A stretch of DNA of 60,870 nucleotides, filler included, from Globobulimina sp. (GCA_003354225.1; 15 parts of 15 records of this genome joined end to end with filler, not necessarily neighbours in it), one strand, 5' to 3'; shown: positions 10,774 to 23,614, counted from the whole stretch's first letter. Translations and numbers: made by a program. The notes: generated from the sequence alone by a model not told the origin.

Positions 10774-11919
10774 ATGATGGCAGCTTCGAAAGTAGAAGGT
10801 AAAGCAGAGGCAGAGGCGGTGCCAATGTATTCCATAAACGAGATACCATCCAACATTCCAAAGATTGAGCCATATTTTGCATATAAATCGAAGACGATAA
10901 ATGTAAATCCATGTGGTGAGGGCTTAGAAGATCCAGTGTTACCCGCGGATGAATCTGAGGTAAAAGAAGGTGTAGCATTAGCACGTCCACCAGAATCCGA
11001 ATCACCTGGTTGTTGTAGACGTTATTCATGCTGTTTTCCATTAATTATAATAACTTTGGTATTTATCCAAAAACAAAACGTGAAATATATATGTTAACGT
11101 TCATATTAATTATGTTAATTGCGTACATAGGTTTGGTTGGTGATGTTTTCAGCTCAATCATTCGAACACTGTACAGATTGCACATCGTTAAGCATATATA
11201 TCTCCATACAATGTATGTACGCATTGACATATAAACAAACATTGATTCAGCACTGTGGCGGCATATATGTGTCAAATGGAGAACAGAGCTGATTATTATT
11301 GCAAAACAGGTGCGATAAATTTATAAATATTATTTAACATCATACAGTACAATATTGTACAAATTGTTGTTGTGTTTACTGTTTAGATAAAATTGAAATT
11401 TGTTGCTATTTTGAGGGTGATAATTGTCGGTTTATTGAATATCCGGAAGAACTGGACTATAAAATGGGAGAATATTTTAATTTCTCGATGTATATTACCA
11501 TCATAATTTGCTTGATTCCTTGCCTGTTACCCTTTGGTGTGCCATATATGCTGTATCATGAGTGTAGAAACAGTAAATATTCTACGAAAAGACAAACTGT
11601 GTTTGATGTAATATGTACAGTATGCTTTTTTTTATCATCAATGGGATGTTCATGGACTGCGTATAAATATTATACGTTTCCACAAGATCAATGCGCTTCA
11701 AATTCAGATTTATTTGGAATATCAACAGAAGAACATCAAAATGTTGAATTTGGTCCAAATATATGGATTATGTCACAAACCACATACTCTTCGTTTTTTG
11801 CGTTGATATTATTCACTTCATTTTCAATTTGTGGAACAATAACGTTGATGCTTCAGGCTATTACAAAAAGGAAAGAGAGAGATGGTATTATTGCGCAGCG
11901 AATAAACAATGAAGAATAG
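10774..11919 (+). CDS. Multi-pass membrane protein, multi-exon
   Basis: Successive + ORFs with hydrophobic segments and GT..AG gaps (first donor ~11059). Exact model not resolved. Confidence 0.5.
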
Positions 11920-12205
11920 TGATTGCATTCAATATTGTGTTATAGGAAAACGTGTTTTGTAAAGTGACCTGTTTGTATATGTTTAGTTTATAATCATGCT
12001 CGTTTTTGTTGATTTGAATGTCCAAATAGTTATTGTTTAAATTTCCATGCAACCTTGTCGCTAAATGATATATTCTGATAGCTACCGTTTCCAACAAACG
12101 TGAAANNNNNNNNNNNNNNNNNNNNNNNNNNNNNNNNNNNNNNNNNNNNTTAATTAATTAANNNNNNNNNNNNNNNNNNNNNNNNNNNNNNNNNNNNNNN
12201 NNNNN

Positions 12206-13446
12206 TGGGTGTATAAAAACATTGAAAGGTTTGGCGGCAACAAAAGTGATATTACAATATTTGGCCAAAGTGCAGGTCATTGTTTCTCCACTGCGCTTTC
12301 TATACAGTCAGCAATTTCCGTACATATGTTTTGTATATTTAGGAGCTGTGTCAGTTGCAACACTTTTATTGAATACCAGTAATACCATAATCAAGGCAGC
12401 CATCATTGAATCCGACCCATTTGGATTACCATTACGTACTACCGAAACATGGGGCGAATTGCCAAACTTATTCAAAATATATGCAGGTAACTTTGTGTCC
12501 GAGCAAACAGTGCAAAGCATGTTATATTATATTTTGTTTTTATTTATTTACAGGTTGTGATCCGCTACGAAGTGCCAGTGAGCAATTAAAATGTTTGCGA
12601 CATATATCCGCCACGGATTTGTTGGCAGCACAAATTAAAGCTGGAGCTGCAGTCACTGTCGAATCTAAATGGTTGGTTGATTTGTTTATGCCGTGGTCTC
12701 CGACCGTTGGAACCGGTCTTATTACTGATCAGCCAATATTTGCCATACAAAAAGGCAAATATTTGCGCAATATACCAATTATAGCCGGTGTCAATGAGAA
12801 CGAAGGCAACTTATTTGTGTGGAGTGCCTTTCCAACAGCATTAAGCAAATCAGAATTTGAAGCTTTTGTAGCAGTTATTTTTGACAATGTGGATGATGCA
12901 AAAGCTATATTGTCATATTACAGTAGTTATAATGTAACAAATCAATCCGATTACAGACCTTTGTTAGCTATCATCGCAACGGATAGTTTATTCCGATGTG
13001 CAACGCATAATATATCAAATGTTATTGCATTGGATCAAAGCAACACAGCGTTGAATTATATGTATCATTTTAATCATATTGCAAGCTTTAATAATTTAGC
13101 CTTTCCGACTGATGCAGAATGTTGGGATCTGGCATGCCATGGTATTGAGTTGGCATTTGTGTTTGGACCGGATTTGAGTCCGGTTAATGGCAGTTATACT
13201 GCGGAGGAATGGCAATTGACACAAACTATGGCATATTATTGGTCTTCATTTGCAAAGAATAAAATTCCGGGAACTGGTAATCCTCAACGACCTGTACAAT
13301 GGGTGTCATTCGGCGGAGGGACAACTCAAAATAATCTCGTATTCAATGTACAAAATGTTAATGGTGGGGTTCGAATGGAATCAGATTATGATTTAACTAT
13401 TTGTAAATTCTGGGATACATTGAGTTATAATTGGGTGCCAAATTGA
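12206..13446 (+). CDS. Type-B carboxylesterase/cholinesterase family, 5'-partial
   Basis: WVYKNIERFGGNKSDITIFGQSAG nucleophile elbow next to intron 12276-12342, second intron 12487-12553, acid GVNENEG, His ACHGIEL, YYWSSFAK. Confidence 0.92.
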
Positions 13447-13725
13447 TGACTTTGAGTGCATAAATTACTTATCTTGCATGAATTATTTATCTATACAAAA
13501 ACTTTTTGTTTGTTTACACTGTTTTTGTTTACTCTCTTTTTTTTAAATGTCGATCAATGAACGGAAACGGAACAAAGCTGGAAATAGACCGTTTGATTAA
13601 ATTTCGGTTTTATATCAACTGTATAAATTATAAAAATCACAAAACTACAAATAATATTAATAATACGTAAAAGAAAAAATGGAATTACGAGAAAAAAAGT
13701 AATGCTGAATTTAATTAACAATATT

Positions 13726-14470
13726 TTATGTTTTTAAGCTGAGCTTAAGTTGTATCAATATCACCACTAACAATAAGACAGTGCCTCCAAATATGAATGC
13801 CATGGATATCCCAATGCCATAACCATCAGACAATGAACAATCTGAACTGGAATACCAAAAGAAAATGAATAACACCGAGGCAATAAATGATAATACATAT
13901 ATTACTGCTGAAGTCCATTGACATTTGCATTTAAAAACTAATAACAAACACCAAGCAAACTGTTGATCGCAACATTGACAAAAACAGCCAATGCATAATA
14001 GAATGAGACTGAGCGACATAAACAAAATCCCCACAGAATTTAGTGGCTTACCTTGAGATAATATTGATTCTTCGACCAAATTTAACCAAATAGTGCCAAA
14101 AGAATGACCAAAATACGAGTTAGCTTTCACGCCATCCCATCCACAAAAGTATAATGAATCCTCTTCTGTTTTCGTTGCATATTTATCAAAATGAATGGCC
14201 AGAACCTAACAAAGACTTATAATTATAACAAAGTGGAATGTGTTAATATCAATACTAAACTAAGGATATAATAATTAAAATTGTAGCCATCACAATAGCA
14301 AATTTTAAATTCATTTCTTTTTGTTTTGCTTTTCTTGTTTTTTGCTCATGATCAATGACTGTGATTGGATCCAAGTTGACTGTTTCCAATGACAAGAATT
14401 GTAATTTATGCATTTTGTATCCTGTATCATTATCTGCCATAAAACATTCAGGGTTGATAGCCTGTGCCAT
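13726..14470 (-). CDS. Four-TM claudin/PMP22-like membrane protein
   Basis: Two ORFs joined by an intron at ~14207-14260, about four TM helices, YFCGWDGV loop motif and YGIGISMAFIF. Confidence 0.5.
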
Positions 14471-14547
14471 GATCAATTCTAGTTAAACTGCACTAATAAT
14501 GTATTATGAAAAGTATTTTCTGATGCTTATTCATTGTTTATTGCACA

Positions 14548-15435
14548 ATGGCAAACTTGAAAGCAGCAGCTGATTTACTAGATTCATTAATCGCATCATT
14601 TGATAAAAAAATGAGTTCATTATATAGCATAGTTGACTGCCACGCACATTTAACAAGCGATGAATTTAAGGAAGATTTGGATCAAGTATTAAAAGATGGA
14701 GTTGGTGTCGGAATTGCCAAAATAATATGTGTTGCAGAAACGTATGACGATTGTATCGCGTTATTACAATTAAAAGCAAAGTATCCAGATTTCATTGAAA
14801 TTTGTTGTGGCCAACATCCAGCAAACGTAGATATCACTGAACTGCCCAAAATATTATCACTCATTGATGAGTATCATCAGCAATTAGTTGGAATTGGTGA
14901 ATGTGGATTGGATTTCACACCGCATGTTTTAAAGCACTTAAAGCATATCAAAAACATTGAGAATGATGAACAAATAAAGGAAGAACAAAAGATTGTGTTC
15001 AAAAAACAAATCGAGAAAGCAATTGAATATAATTTACCATTAAATGTTCACAGTCGTTCTGCCGGACATCATGCCATCACATTTTTATCTGACAATGGCG
15101 CCGAGAATGTGTTGTTTCATGCATTTGATGGTCGTGCCAGTTATGCCAAAAAAGCATGCGATGAACATTTAAATTATTATTTTAGTATACCACCATCGGT
15201 ACATAGGAGTCCACAAAAACAGAAATTAATTCAACAGTTGCCTATCGATCGTATTTTATTGGAAACTGACTCTCCGGCTTTGTCGCCACTGAAGGGCTTA
15301 AGAAATATCCCAACAAATATTTCTTATTCAATAAAATATATTGCATCTATTAAAAATAAGAATGAACATCAAATCCGACAAATAACCACTCAAAATGCTT
15401 TGCGTTTGTTTAAAAAGTTGAAAATTCCGATATGA
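14548..15435 (+). CDS. TatD-family DNase (TATDN3-like)
   Basis: VDCHAH, GQHP, IGECGLD, NVHSRSA, FHAFDG, LLETDSP and TTQNALRLF motifs. Confidence 0.95.
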   Translation: MANLKAAADLLDSLIASFDKKMSSLYSIVDCHAHLTSDEFKEDLDQVLKDGVGVGIAKIICVAETYDDCIALLQLKAKYPDFIEICCGQHPANVDITELPKILSLIDEYHQQLVGIGECGLDFTPHVLKHLKHIKNIENDEQIKEEQKIVFKKQIEKAIEYNLPLNVHSRSAGHHAITFLSDNGAENVLFHAFDGRASYAKKACDEHLNYYFSIPPSVHRSPQKQKLIQQLPIDRILLETDSPALSPLKGLRNIPTNISYSIKYIASIKNKNEHQIRQITTQNALRLFKKLKIPI

Positions 15436-15989
15436 TGCGTAGTGTTTTCGTAATTAATTTAAACTCTTCACTGAAGCATGAAAAACATTAAGGAACAAAA
15501 ACAAAAGGATATACGTGAAGATAGTAAAATAATTGATGTTGATATTGTTGAAAGTATAGCTATTATTATTATCAGTCTTACAAGTGATAACTATGTCGGA
15601 TATTCAAATAATAAGAATATCGCAGAGCGAAGACAATATTCAGACAAAATTGACCGATATAAAAGAGCTTCAATACATACAAACATAACCTATCGATATG
15701 ACCAAACAATCCGATCACAACAAAAACAACAAAATACGAACAACACTAACAATGGAAGACAGCGCACAAATGTAAATATTTATAAATTTAAAAGAGTACA
15801 ACGAGAGAATCAAGAATTAAGAAGCTTTTTAGACGATTTATAAAGTAAACAGGATATATACTTATATTACACAGATTCATCTTCATTAATATTTCCTTTA
15901 CAATTACCAATTATTATCCGTGTTTCTTGAAATCCTGCATAAATATCAATTATTTCTTCATCTTTGGGCATTCGATGAGAAGTTGTATA

Positions 15990-16172
15990 CAAAAGATAAC
16001 CACCCCCTGGTCGATAAGTTGTATACATTTGATTCAATTATCTGAGAAACGCTTTGCAAATCCAGAAACTGTTTTCTATAGGTTTGTCTTGTGTTTGTTC
16101 TGGGTTTGCAAACCCAAGACAAAGTTATAACAAACACAGAACAAACCCAAGACAAACCTATAGCAAACTGTT
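15990..16172. repeat. Dispersed repeat, copy 2, with a long internal inverted repeat, running to the contig end
   Basis: Homologous to 5983-6091. CTATAGGTTTGTCTTGTGTTTGTTCTGGGTTTG (from 16076) pairs with the reverse complement ending at 16163, with 2 mismatches in 33 bp. Confidence 0.88.
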
Positions 16173-16272
16173 NNNNNNNNNNNNNNNNNNNNNNNNNNNN
16201 NNNNNNNNNNNNNNNNTTAATTAATTAANNNNNNNNNNNNNNNNNNNNNNNNNNNNNNNNNNNNNNNNNNNN

Positions 16273-17357
16273 TGGTGCAGCCGTAGTTGGTGCGGCAGTG
16301 ATAGGTGACACGGATGGATTATTGGTAGGTGGCATAGTTGGATTGAGTGTTGGCGCAAATGTAGTCGGTGCTGCAGTCGTAGGTGATACAGATGGACTAG
16401 CCGTAGTTGGTATAATCGGTGTAGGTGCGGTAGATGGATTTGGTGTGTCTGTGGTTGGATTAATGGATGGTGCTGTGGTAGGATGTTGTGAAGGGGTTGC
16501 AGATGGTTGATTTGTTGGTGGTGAAGTGCTTGGAGCTGACGAAGGGTTAATAGTTGGTATGGTGGGTGGAGTTGGGGTTGGATTAATGGTAGGTTGCGTT
16601 GTAGGATTACTTGTGGGTGAGTCTGAAGGGAATATGGATGATTTTATAACGATATTCCAGAATGTACCATTGCCTCTGTTGTAACTACCTGAATATTTAT
16701 CGCTCATCCACCAAATAGGCACTGTTTGACCAAGGAGCACTGACTGTGTTGGCTCTACGTCGAGCCATGATTGAGTCCAATCTATATTGGGCCATCCACC
16801 ATTGACAGGTTGATCATTATTGGTCACATCCACTGTTAGTTGTGTCTGGTTAAATGCTATTCGAACATGATAGGAGACCCCTTTGGTGATATCACCATAA
16901 TCATTTAACGATTGCTCTGCTTGGCAATTAGTATCACCATCTGACACAGACACATGCATTGAATCTCGGTCATGTGTTAACCAGAAAGATGGATATCTAC
17001 TTCCTTCACCATAGCAATCCTTAGAGTATGCAGGAGCTCCAACACGAAAGAAATTTTCATAAAAACCACGCGTAGGATCCGAAGTGCGGTTGTGCCATAT
17101 GAAATCTATATAGATAATAGATAAAATATACCTATATAATACAATATATAGTATTAAATACCAAATTCCGCACTCATTACTTCTCCTATTCGAATCTCCC
17201 CAAATGATTGTGCTTGCACGGGGATAAACTGAGAGCCAGGGGCGGAGCGCCATATTTCGTGGTTTGGATATACCTCTTTTTCCCATGTATTAAACGCGTT
17301 GCATTTAAGTATGTATATTAGAAAGAGTATGTGTAACCATGTTGGTAATATTGACAT
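16273..17357 (-). CDS. Secreted/surface protein: signal peptide, lectin/LamG-like beta domain and Pro/Thr repeat stalk, 3'-partial
   Basis: Signal peptide MSILPTWLHILFLIYILKCNA, intron 17106-17161 restores the frame, SRYPSFWL motif, PTxxP repeats. Confidence 0.8.
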
Positions 17358-17701
17358 GGTGCTGACACTGTTTTTGTAAAGTAAAAGAAAAAAAACATGT
17401 TAGTTAGATATGTGAATAAATTACGAAAGAGAAAATAATTAAAAATGAGAGATATTAATTTAAATATAAAAATATATGCATAGTATTTATCCACACATCA
17501 GCAAATTGCATACAAACAAAAAACAGTACAAACTATGAAAAAAACGCGTTGAAAAACAAAAAAAAACGATTGAGAAAAACAAAAAATATATAAAAAACAA
17601 TCAATAGCTATTAAACACAAAAACAGTTTAAATATATGTAGAAACAAAAAAAAACAGAAATACAGAAAAAAAAAAGTCAAAAAAAAAACATAACACACAA
17701 A

Positions 17702-20067
17702 TTAATATTCACTGTTATCGTATATTTCACTCTGTGCCGCACCCAATTTAATCCTCAATAACTTTTCAAACTCATTCCGCGGCCCGATTTTCGGAATCAA
17801 TTCCTTCATATCACACCGTTTCAAATCGCACAACCTATGTTCCGTCACTTTGTTCCGTTTAAAAGTATTCAAATACACTCTCCAGTCTTCGTCATCAATC
17901 TGCAACAACGCCATCGTGATCCATTCATAGCCATCATCATTAATATCAATATCAATATCAATGGGTAGCTTAACATTATACTCCACACTCAAACTCTCGC
18001 CGTCATTCAGCGTAACCGTCGTATTTGTCCCTGGCAATATCGGCAACGTTTCATCATCATATTCATCATCATCTAATATCTCCAGATTCTGTTTTTCCTC
18101 CTCTTTGCCGTCAACAATTTCAATATGTTCATGCACCGCATTGTTATCTGCAATCACCAACAAATTGCTCACTCTCTGCAAGTTCTGCGTAGTGGGGCCC
18201 GGTAATGGTATCTTATACTTATGAATCACCACAGCCTGTTCCATTACGGCTTTTATGTATTCTTCCTCATTGCTCTCAGACATTAAGTATTTCCGCATTG
18301 CACAGTTCAATCTGGAACCTGCATTGGATGGGCTCATAGACTCGGTGCGGGTTAATATGGTCTCATCCTCCATACCATCGATGCCAACGTTTTGTGTCTC
18401 GCGCATGGAAGCGTTCTCATCATCGTCATCCACATCGACATCCTGTGTATCGTCCGATATCTCGTTTCCTTCGTCGATCTCATAGATTTTAGATATATTG
18501 GATATATTGGATGCGTCTGGCGACACTTTGATGACATATCTGTCGTCGAAGCAAGGTATGGGTGCCATGTGCGGTGATATCGATATATGAGCTGCTTTCT
18601 GTGGGATACGTCTACAAAAATCCTGTTTGCCTGGTTTCAATGGGATGACATCGTTGTTTATAATTTCAAATTGTGCGTCTTGATCCGCTGCATCTTCGCT
18701 GGCGTTCTCAAGCTGAAATGACAATTTTTTGGCATGCGAGCGTAACTTTTTGTGTCCTTTCTTGATATCGCCGCATTTCTTTACAGTGATTAAAATCAAA
18801 CAGGTGCCGATTATGCAAGAGGCGATGCCTAAGATTAGTAAATATAATACTTGCGACGCATCGATTTTTTCGGGTTCTTTGTTTAGTACAAAGTTAATTG
18901 AAGTTGTTTCAAACTTAATTGTAATATGTTTTGTGTTTATTATTCTTATTAGAAACGGTAACAGTATAATTTTTAACTTCTACTGGCTGAATAGTTACGG
19001 TTGCCATTGTAGGCTGTATATCATTTATAGTTTATAGCATGTGTATATATGGTATATCTTTATTATATGTAATCTGATATTAACTGTGGAGGGCTGCAGT
19101 GTTGGAAACGCCTTTTGTTTATCGTTTATGTGGTATTTGATGTAATTGTGTATACCTTATATAATTATATGAAGTGTTCCTAACTGTTGGATTTTCAGTG
19201 GTTGGCGAGAAAAGTAAATATGTTGGATTCTGCGCAAAAAAAATCATAGTGTCAAGCATAAAAAACAAAATAATATCACACTAAACTTTTGATGGTGAAT
19301 TTGTTGGTAAATGTGATGGAGAATGCTTTTTATATTAATTAATATTTGTATGTAATGTGGATTAGATGTGGAGCAACACATAAATGACAAACCGTTGTTT
19401 TGGATGGAATTGGTGTCGGCGAATGTGTTGGATATTTAGTTGGTGAATGTGTAGGGCCTATCGTGGGAATGGGGGGATTTGTTGATTGAATACTTATGTT
19501 CCATACAGATACATTAGCGATGACATAGGGCGCAGTCCAATAATCAGATGCTATGTACACATTCATTAATTGATTGATAAAGGATGGTTTCGTTGGCGAT
19601 GTTCGTTTTTGATCCAGTACAATGGTGTCATTTATTGTCATATAAATAAAATCATCTGTAAATTGTATAAATACAGAATATATTTTCTTTTCTTTGATAG
19701 TGTACGATGCCAATCGCCATCCTTGACCGCAACTATCCTGTTGGGAGACTGATAAATGAAATGTATTTTGCATGTTATCAATCCATAATGATGGATAGCG
19801 ACTATTTTGGGCAGTGCATCCACCACTGGTTGAGGCCCAGCCGATGCGCGTTATTTGCTCATAAACTGATGGTGTGTTTGAAACTCGGCCATACCATTCA
19901 ATCATTAATGACATTGTGATATGTTGACGTAAACGTATTGTACCATATTTAGTTGATGATATAGGTTTAAATTTGGATGTAGATTGCCAGTATGTGTCAC
20001 CATCACTATTAAATGTATTTAACCCAGTTGTTATCCATGGTATCAAGAAAATAAATAGAATGCCCAT
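17702..20067 (-). CDS. Putative single-pass receptor: signal peptide, lectin-like domain, Pro/Thr stalk, TM and cytoplasmic SAM domain (multi-exon, joins inferred)
   Basis: The 5' ORF is paralogous to the 16273-17357 gene (SRYPSLWI). Small PT-coding exons at 19000-19330. TM LYLLILGIASCIIGTCLILITV. C-terminal SAM-like YLNTFKRNKVTEHRLCDLKRCDMKELIPKIGPRNEF. Confidence 0.6.
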
Positions 20068-20338
20068 GCCAAAGCGTATGCAAATTTTAAAAAACAATTA
20101 ATAGAGTTTTCCTATTTGACCTTGATTTTGCTCATAAACAATTTTTTTTAATCATTTGTGAATTGTTAGAGAAAAAGCTTAAGTAAATGCTCGTCTAATC
20201 CTTATTTATAATACAGTACGATCTTTGAGCATTCTAATNNNNNNNNNNNNNNNNNNNNNNNNNNNNNNNNNNNNNNNNNNNNTTAATTAATTAANNNNNN
20301 NNNNNNNNNNNNNNNNNNNNNNNNNNNNNNNNNNNNNN

Positions 20339-20479
20339 AAAATCATGATAATTTAAGTTTTGAATATGTTTCATATGGCGTGCTATGCTGCATGCTTCTT
20401 TGCGAACATCTTTTGTGACCTTTGTATTGTCCCATCGTTTTTTGATGGCAGCTGTTGCATTTTTTTTAGTGAAAGGCAT
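20339..20479 (-). CDS. Basic hypothetical protein, 3'-partial, divergent from the transposase
   Basis: ATG-initiated frame (MPFTKKNATAAIKKRWDN...) open to the contig end. Confidence 0.3.
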
Positions 20480-20814
20480 TCTAAAATTGAGAAATTTTGA
20501 AAAAATAAAAAAAAAAATAGATTTGAAAAAAATCGTCAGATTTGATAAAATTACGTCACATTCTCAAAACGCATGCATTGCGACGAATATCTGTCTCAGA
20601 CAAAAAAATTTGAATTTCGTGACTCTGCAGCTATTGAACTATACCGTAATGATTTTTTTTTTCCATTTCATTCATACAACTTTTTTTTTTGGTATGCATT
20701 TTCATCACTGCATATTTTTTATAATTTTGCAAACTAGTAAAAAAAAAAAAAAGATTAAATTATGATTTTCTTTAAATTTGAGTTGTAAATGTCACTCAAA
20801 AATTAGTCCAAGCA

Positions 20815-23326
20815 ATGTCTACTAGAAACAAACGAAAACGACCAGAATGGGTAAACCAACCAACCAACCAGCCACCAGCAACCAACAACCAACAACGAAA
20901 ATCAACAGAATGGGTAACTACCCCAAATCTTTCAATAACCGATTATTTAGTGTTACGAAAAGAAAATGATACATTTTGTATTATTGCAAATGATCATAAA
21001 TACAATACAAATCGGTATCATGTCATGCATAATTCAAAAAAAAAAACCATTCATTTTTATTGGCGCTGCAACCAATACAGAAAAGGATGTGATGCGCGTT
21101 TTACCACCGAATTTACAGAAGGAACATATTATGGTGATTTGGCGTATGGCACAGTTATATCTACAGCGAAAATAACAGAGCATGAGCATCCTGCATTATG
21201 GACACGTGCGACCGCGGAGAAACAATGGTTCATGGACCAAGTCAAACTCGAAATGAAAACAGGAAAATCTGGTAAAGATTCATTTGACGAAATGAGTTTA
21301 TGTCATCCGATTGCATGTAACTATGTACCTAATTTTGGACATTGCGCGAATCAAATATATTATGACCGACGAAAACGGAATTTAATACAACCCAAAACAA
21401 GAGAAGACAGAACGAATATATTTAAAGATTCCAAATTCAGTGTTACATATTTTTCACGTCAACTTATTGAATCAAAGGAATCAAAGGAATCAAAGGAATC
21501 AAAGGGATCATCAAATACCCAGAAGAATGACCAACAAATATCCATCCGATATCATCAACAACAAGAAATAACTGACTTAAATCAAGAACATTTTCTAATT
21601 CGACATAAATTACATAATTTACAACAAGAAAATAAAAATATTGTATCACATATATTCTCCGACCGCTTACCTGATATGTTTTTTGGTTCCATTTATTGCG
21701 GAACAACAACCGCTGGTTCGGTTGTTTTAGGTGGTAAACATGGTCAATATATCATCAGTAGGTGTGAGAAAATTTCGATTGATGGTACATTTCCTACATT
21801 ATTAATGTCTTTATTAGCGAAGAAATTTGGTGAATTACTTAAACCATTTTCAAGCGTTATATTTATATCTGCGCATTTTAGGGCACCAAATGTGAAGTAT
21901 ACGTCTCTTCAATTGCCAATAGCGATGATTTTAACGGTAAAGAGAACAAGAATTGAATACAACGCGGCGGCTACAATTTATTTGCAGTCCGCTAAAAAAC
22001 ATTTTGAGAAAGAAGGATATAATTTAAGTTAAATATTTCAAATTTTACCACATATATAAACCAGCATTTGATATCAATATAGATATTAAATCTATGGCTG
22101 CAGATTCTGAAATTGCATTGGATGCTTTTCAAACTGTATTTGGTATCTCCCAAAGAGATAGTTGTTTATATCATTATATAATGGATAACGTAAAATATAC
22201 TTCGACAAAATGCCATTTGTTGACATTATACAGATCCAAAGAGAATCCTTTATTTAGAAAAGAATTGTATTGTTATTGGCTTTGCGTTTTTTTAGAACCC
22301 GATGAATGGGAAAGTTTTTGTGTCAATCAACAAGTTTGTATATTTGATGTCGTTCCGGATGGTGTGGATAAAACATTAGCAATAATAAAACAGTTAGATT
22401 ATCATCAAAGAATTTGGAGAACACAAAAAAAAAAGGATATAAATTTTTATGACCGGACCATTGATTTAACTAATAATTTGATGGAATGTTTCAATCGCAT
22501 TTTTAAAGTGAAAAATGGTAAAAAGATGGATATGTATCAATTTCTGACTGCGTGTCAAAGAATATTAGCTATGTCATCGTTAACATTTCGAAAAATGGAA
22601 TTATATTCTAAACAAGATAATGACTATGGATATGATACAACTTCAATATTTAACACGTCAATCAAACAACAACGAGAAACTAAAATATGTATGAAACAAA
22701 TTAGAGATCAATACGAAAGAATACCTAAAGATGCACGGGATTTTACTGTGCAGAAACGATTTATTAACAATGTATATTTCACATTAAAACATCGTTTTGA
22801 CAAAATCAAGGATTTAAATGACATTGATTTCGCTGCAGACGATATTCAACAATTATTAGATCAACCTCAATCGATGAATTTGGATTTGAATGGACCAGTC
22901 GCAATGAATTTGGATTTGGATTTAGTCAACAAATATAATATTTGCAAATATCCAGAGACTGACATATTTAAACAATTATTGAATAATATCGGATCAAAAG
23001 AGTGCTGCGAATCATTTCATGCAGAATTGTTAGGTTCTCGATTCTGGTCAAATCTTTGCGATATAACTCATTTAAATGGTCATTTTGCGATACAATCAGC
23101 CGCAACAAACATAGTATCAATTGACGAGGAGATAAATCAATCGTTTATTGGCGCTGCAGTATGTATTAGAATAGAAGGGAAAAAACGAAAATATCCTGGA
23201 ATTTTAGTATTTTATGAATATCCTCTAATTTTACATTTCCAACCAAATAATACCTTGATGAAAACCTGGGCTTTATGGGATATACTTGATGTCAATAAAA
23301 TTTCATTGTTTGCAATTCATTTATAA
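20815..23326 (+). mobile_element. Mutator (MULE)-superfamily DDE transposase, ~818 aa, two exons
   Basis: FLYWCH/WRKY-like finger FYWRCNQYRKGCDARF..EHEH, D1 in ISIDGTF, D2 in MAADSE, CxxH in SCLYHY, E in TNNLMECFNR. Intron 22028-22082 (GT..AG, 55 nt) joins ORFs 20815 and 22094 in frame. Confidence 0.88.
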
Positions 23327-23465
23327 TTTATCACACTATTTAATAATATTAATGCATGCCAGTTTAATTTACTAGCCCATTTGTGTGTTTCGTCTTAGAA
23401 AAAAAAAGTTGCAATGTTTTCACCTAAGTACACTCATTTTCATCGAATGGCAAGTACTACATTTC

Positions 23466-23570
23466 ACATCAATATGAACCATAATTATTACATCAATAAT
23501 TATTACAATCTCAATAATTATTATTACATCAATACGAACCATAATTATTACATCAATACGAACCATAATT
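23466..23570. repeat. Imperfect tandem repeat, ~24-bp unit ACATCAATA(C/T)GAACCATAATTATT
   Basis: Near-full copies at 23466, 23526 and 23550, with truncated copies in between. Confidence 0.85.
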
Positions 23571-23614
23571 CAAATATTTGTATTACTTAAAATTAAATAT
23601 ATCGCTACAGAATA

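Noticed and set aside
15478-15843. 121-aa ORF downstream of TatD
   Set aside because: No motif, low complexity and next to a repeat. It cannot be supported as a gene.
16273-16620. Repetitive GTTGG/GGT-rich DNA as a satellite or array
   Set aside because: It encodes the Pro/Thr stalk of a surface protein.
22032-22094. Transposase as a frameshifted pseudogene or two genes (likewise the split ORFs of PP5, ptrB, kinase, kinesin and esterase)
   Set aside because: GT-AG introns restore the reading frame exactly in each case, so neither pseudogenisation nor an alternative genetic code is needed.
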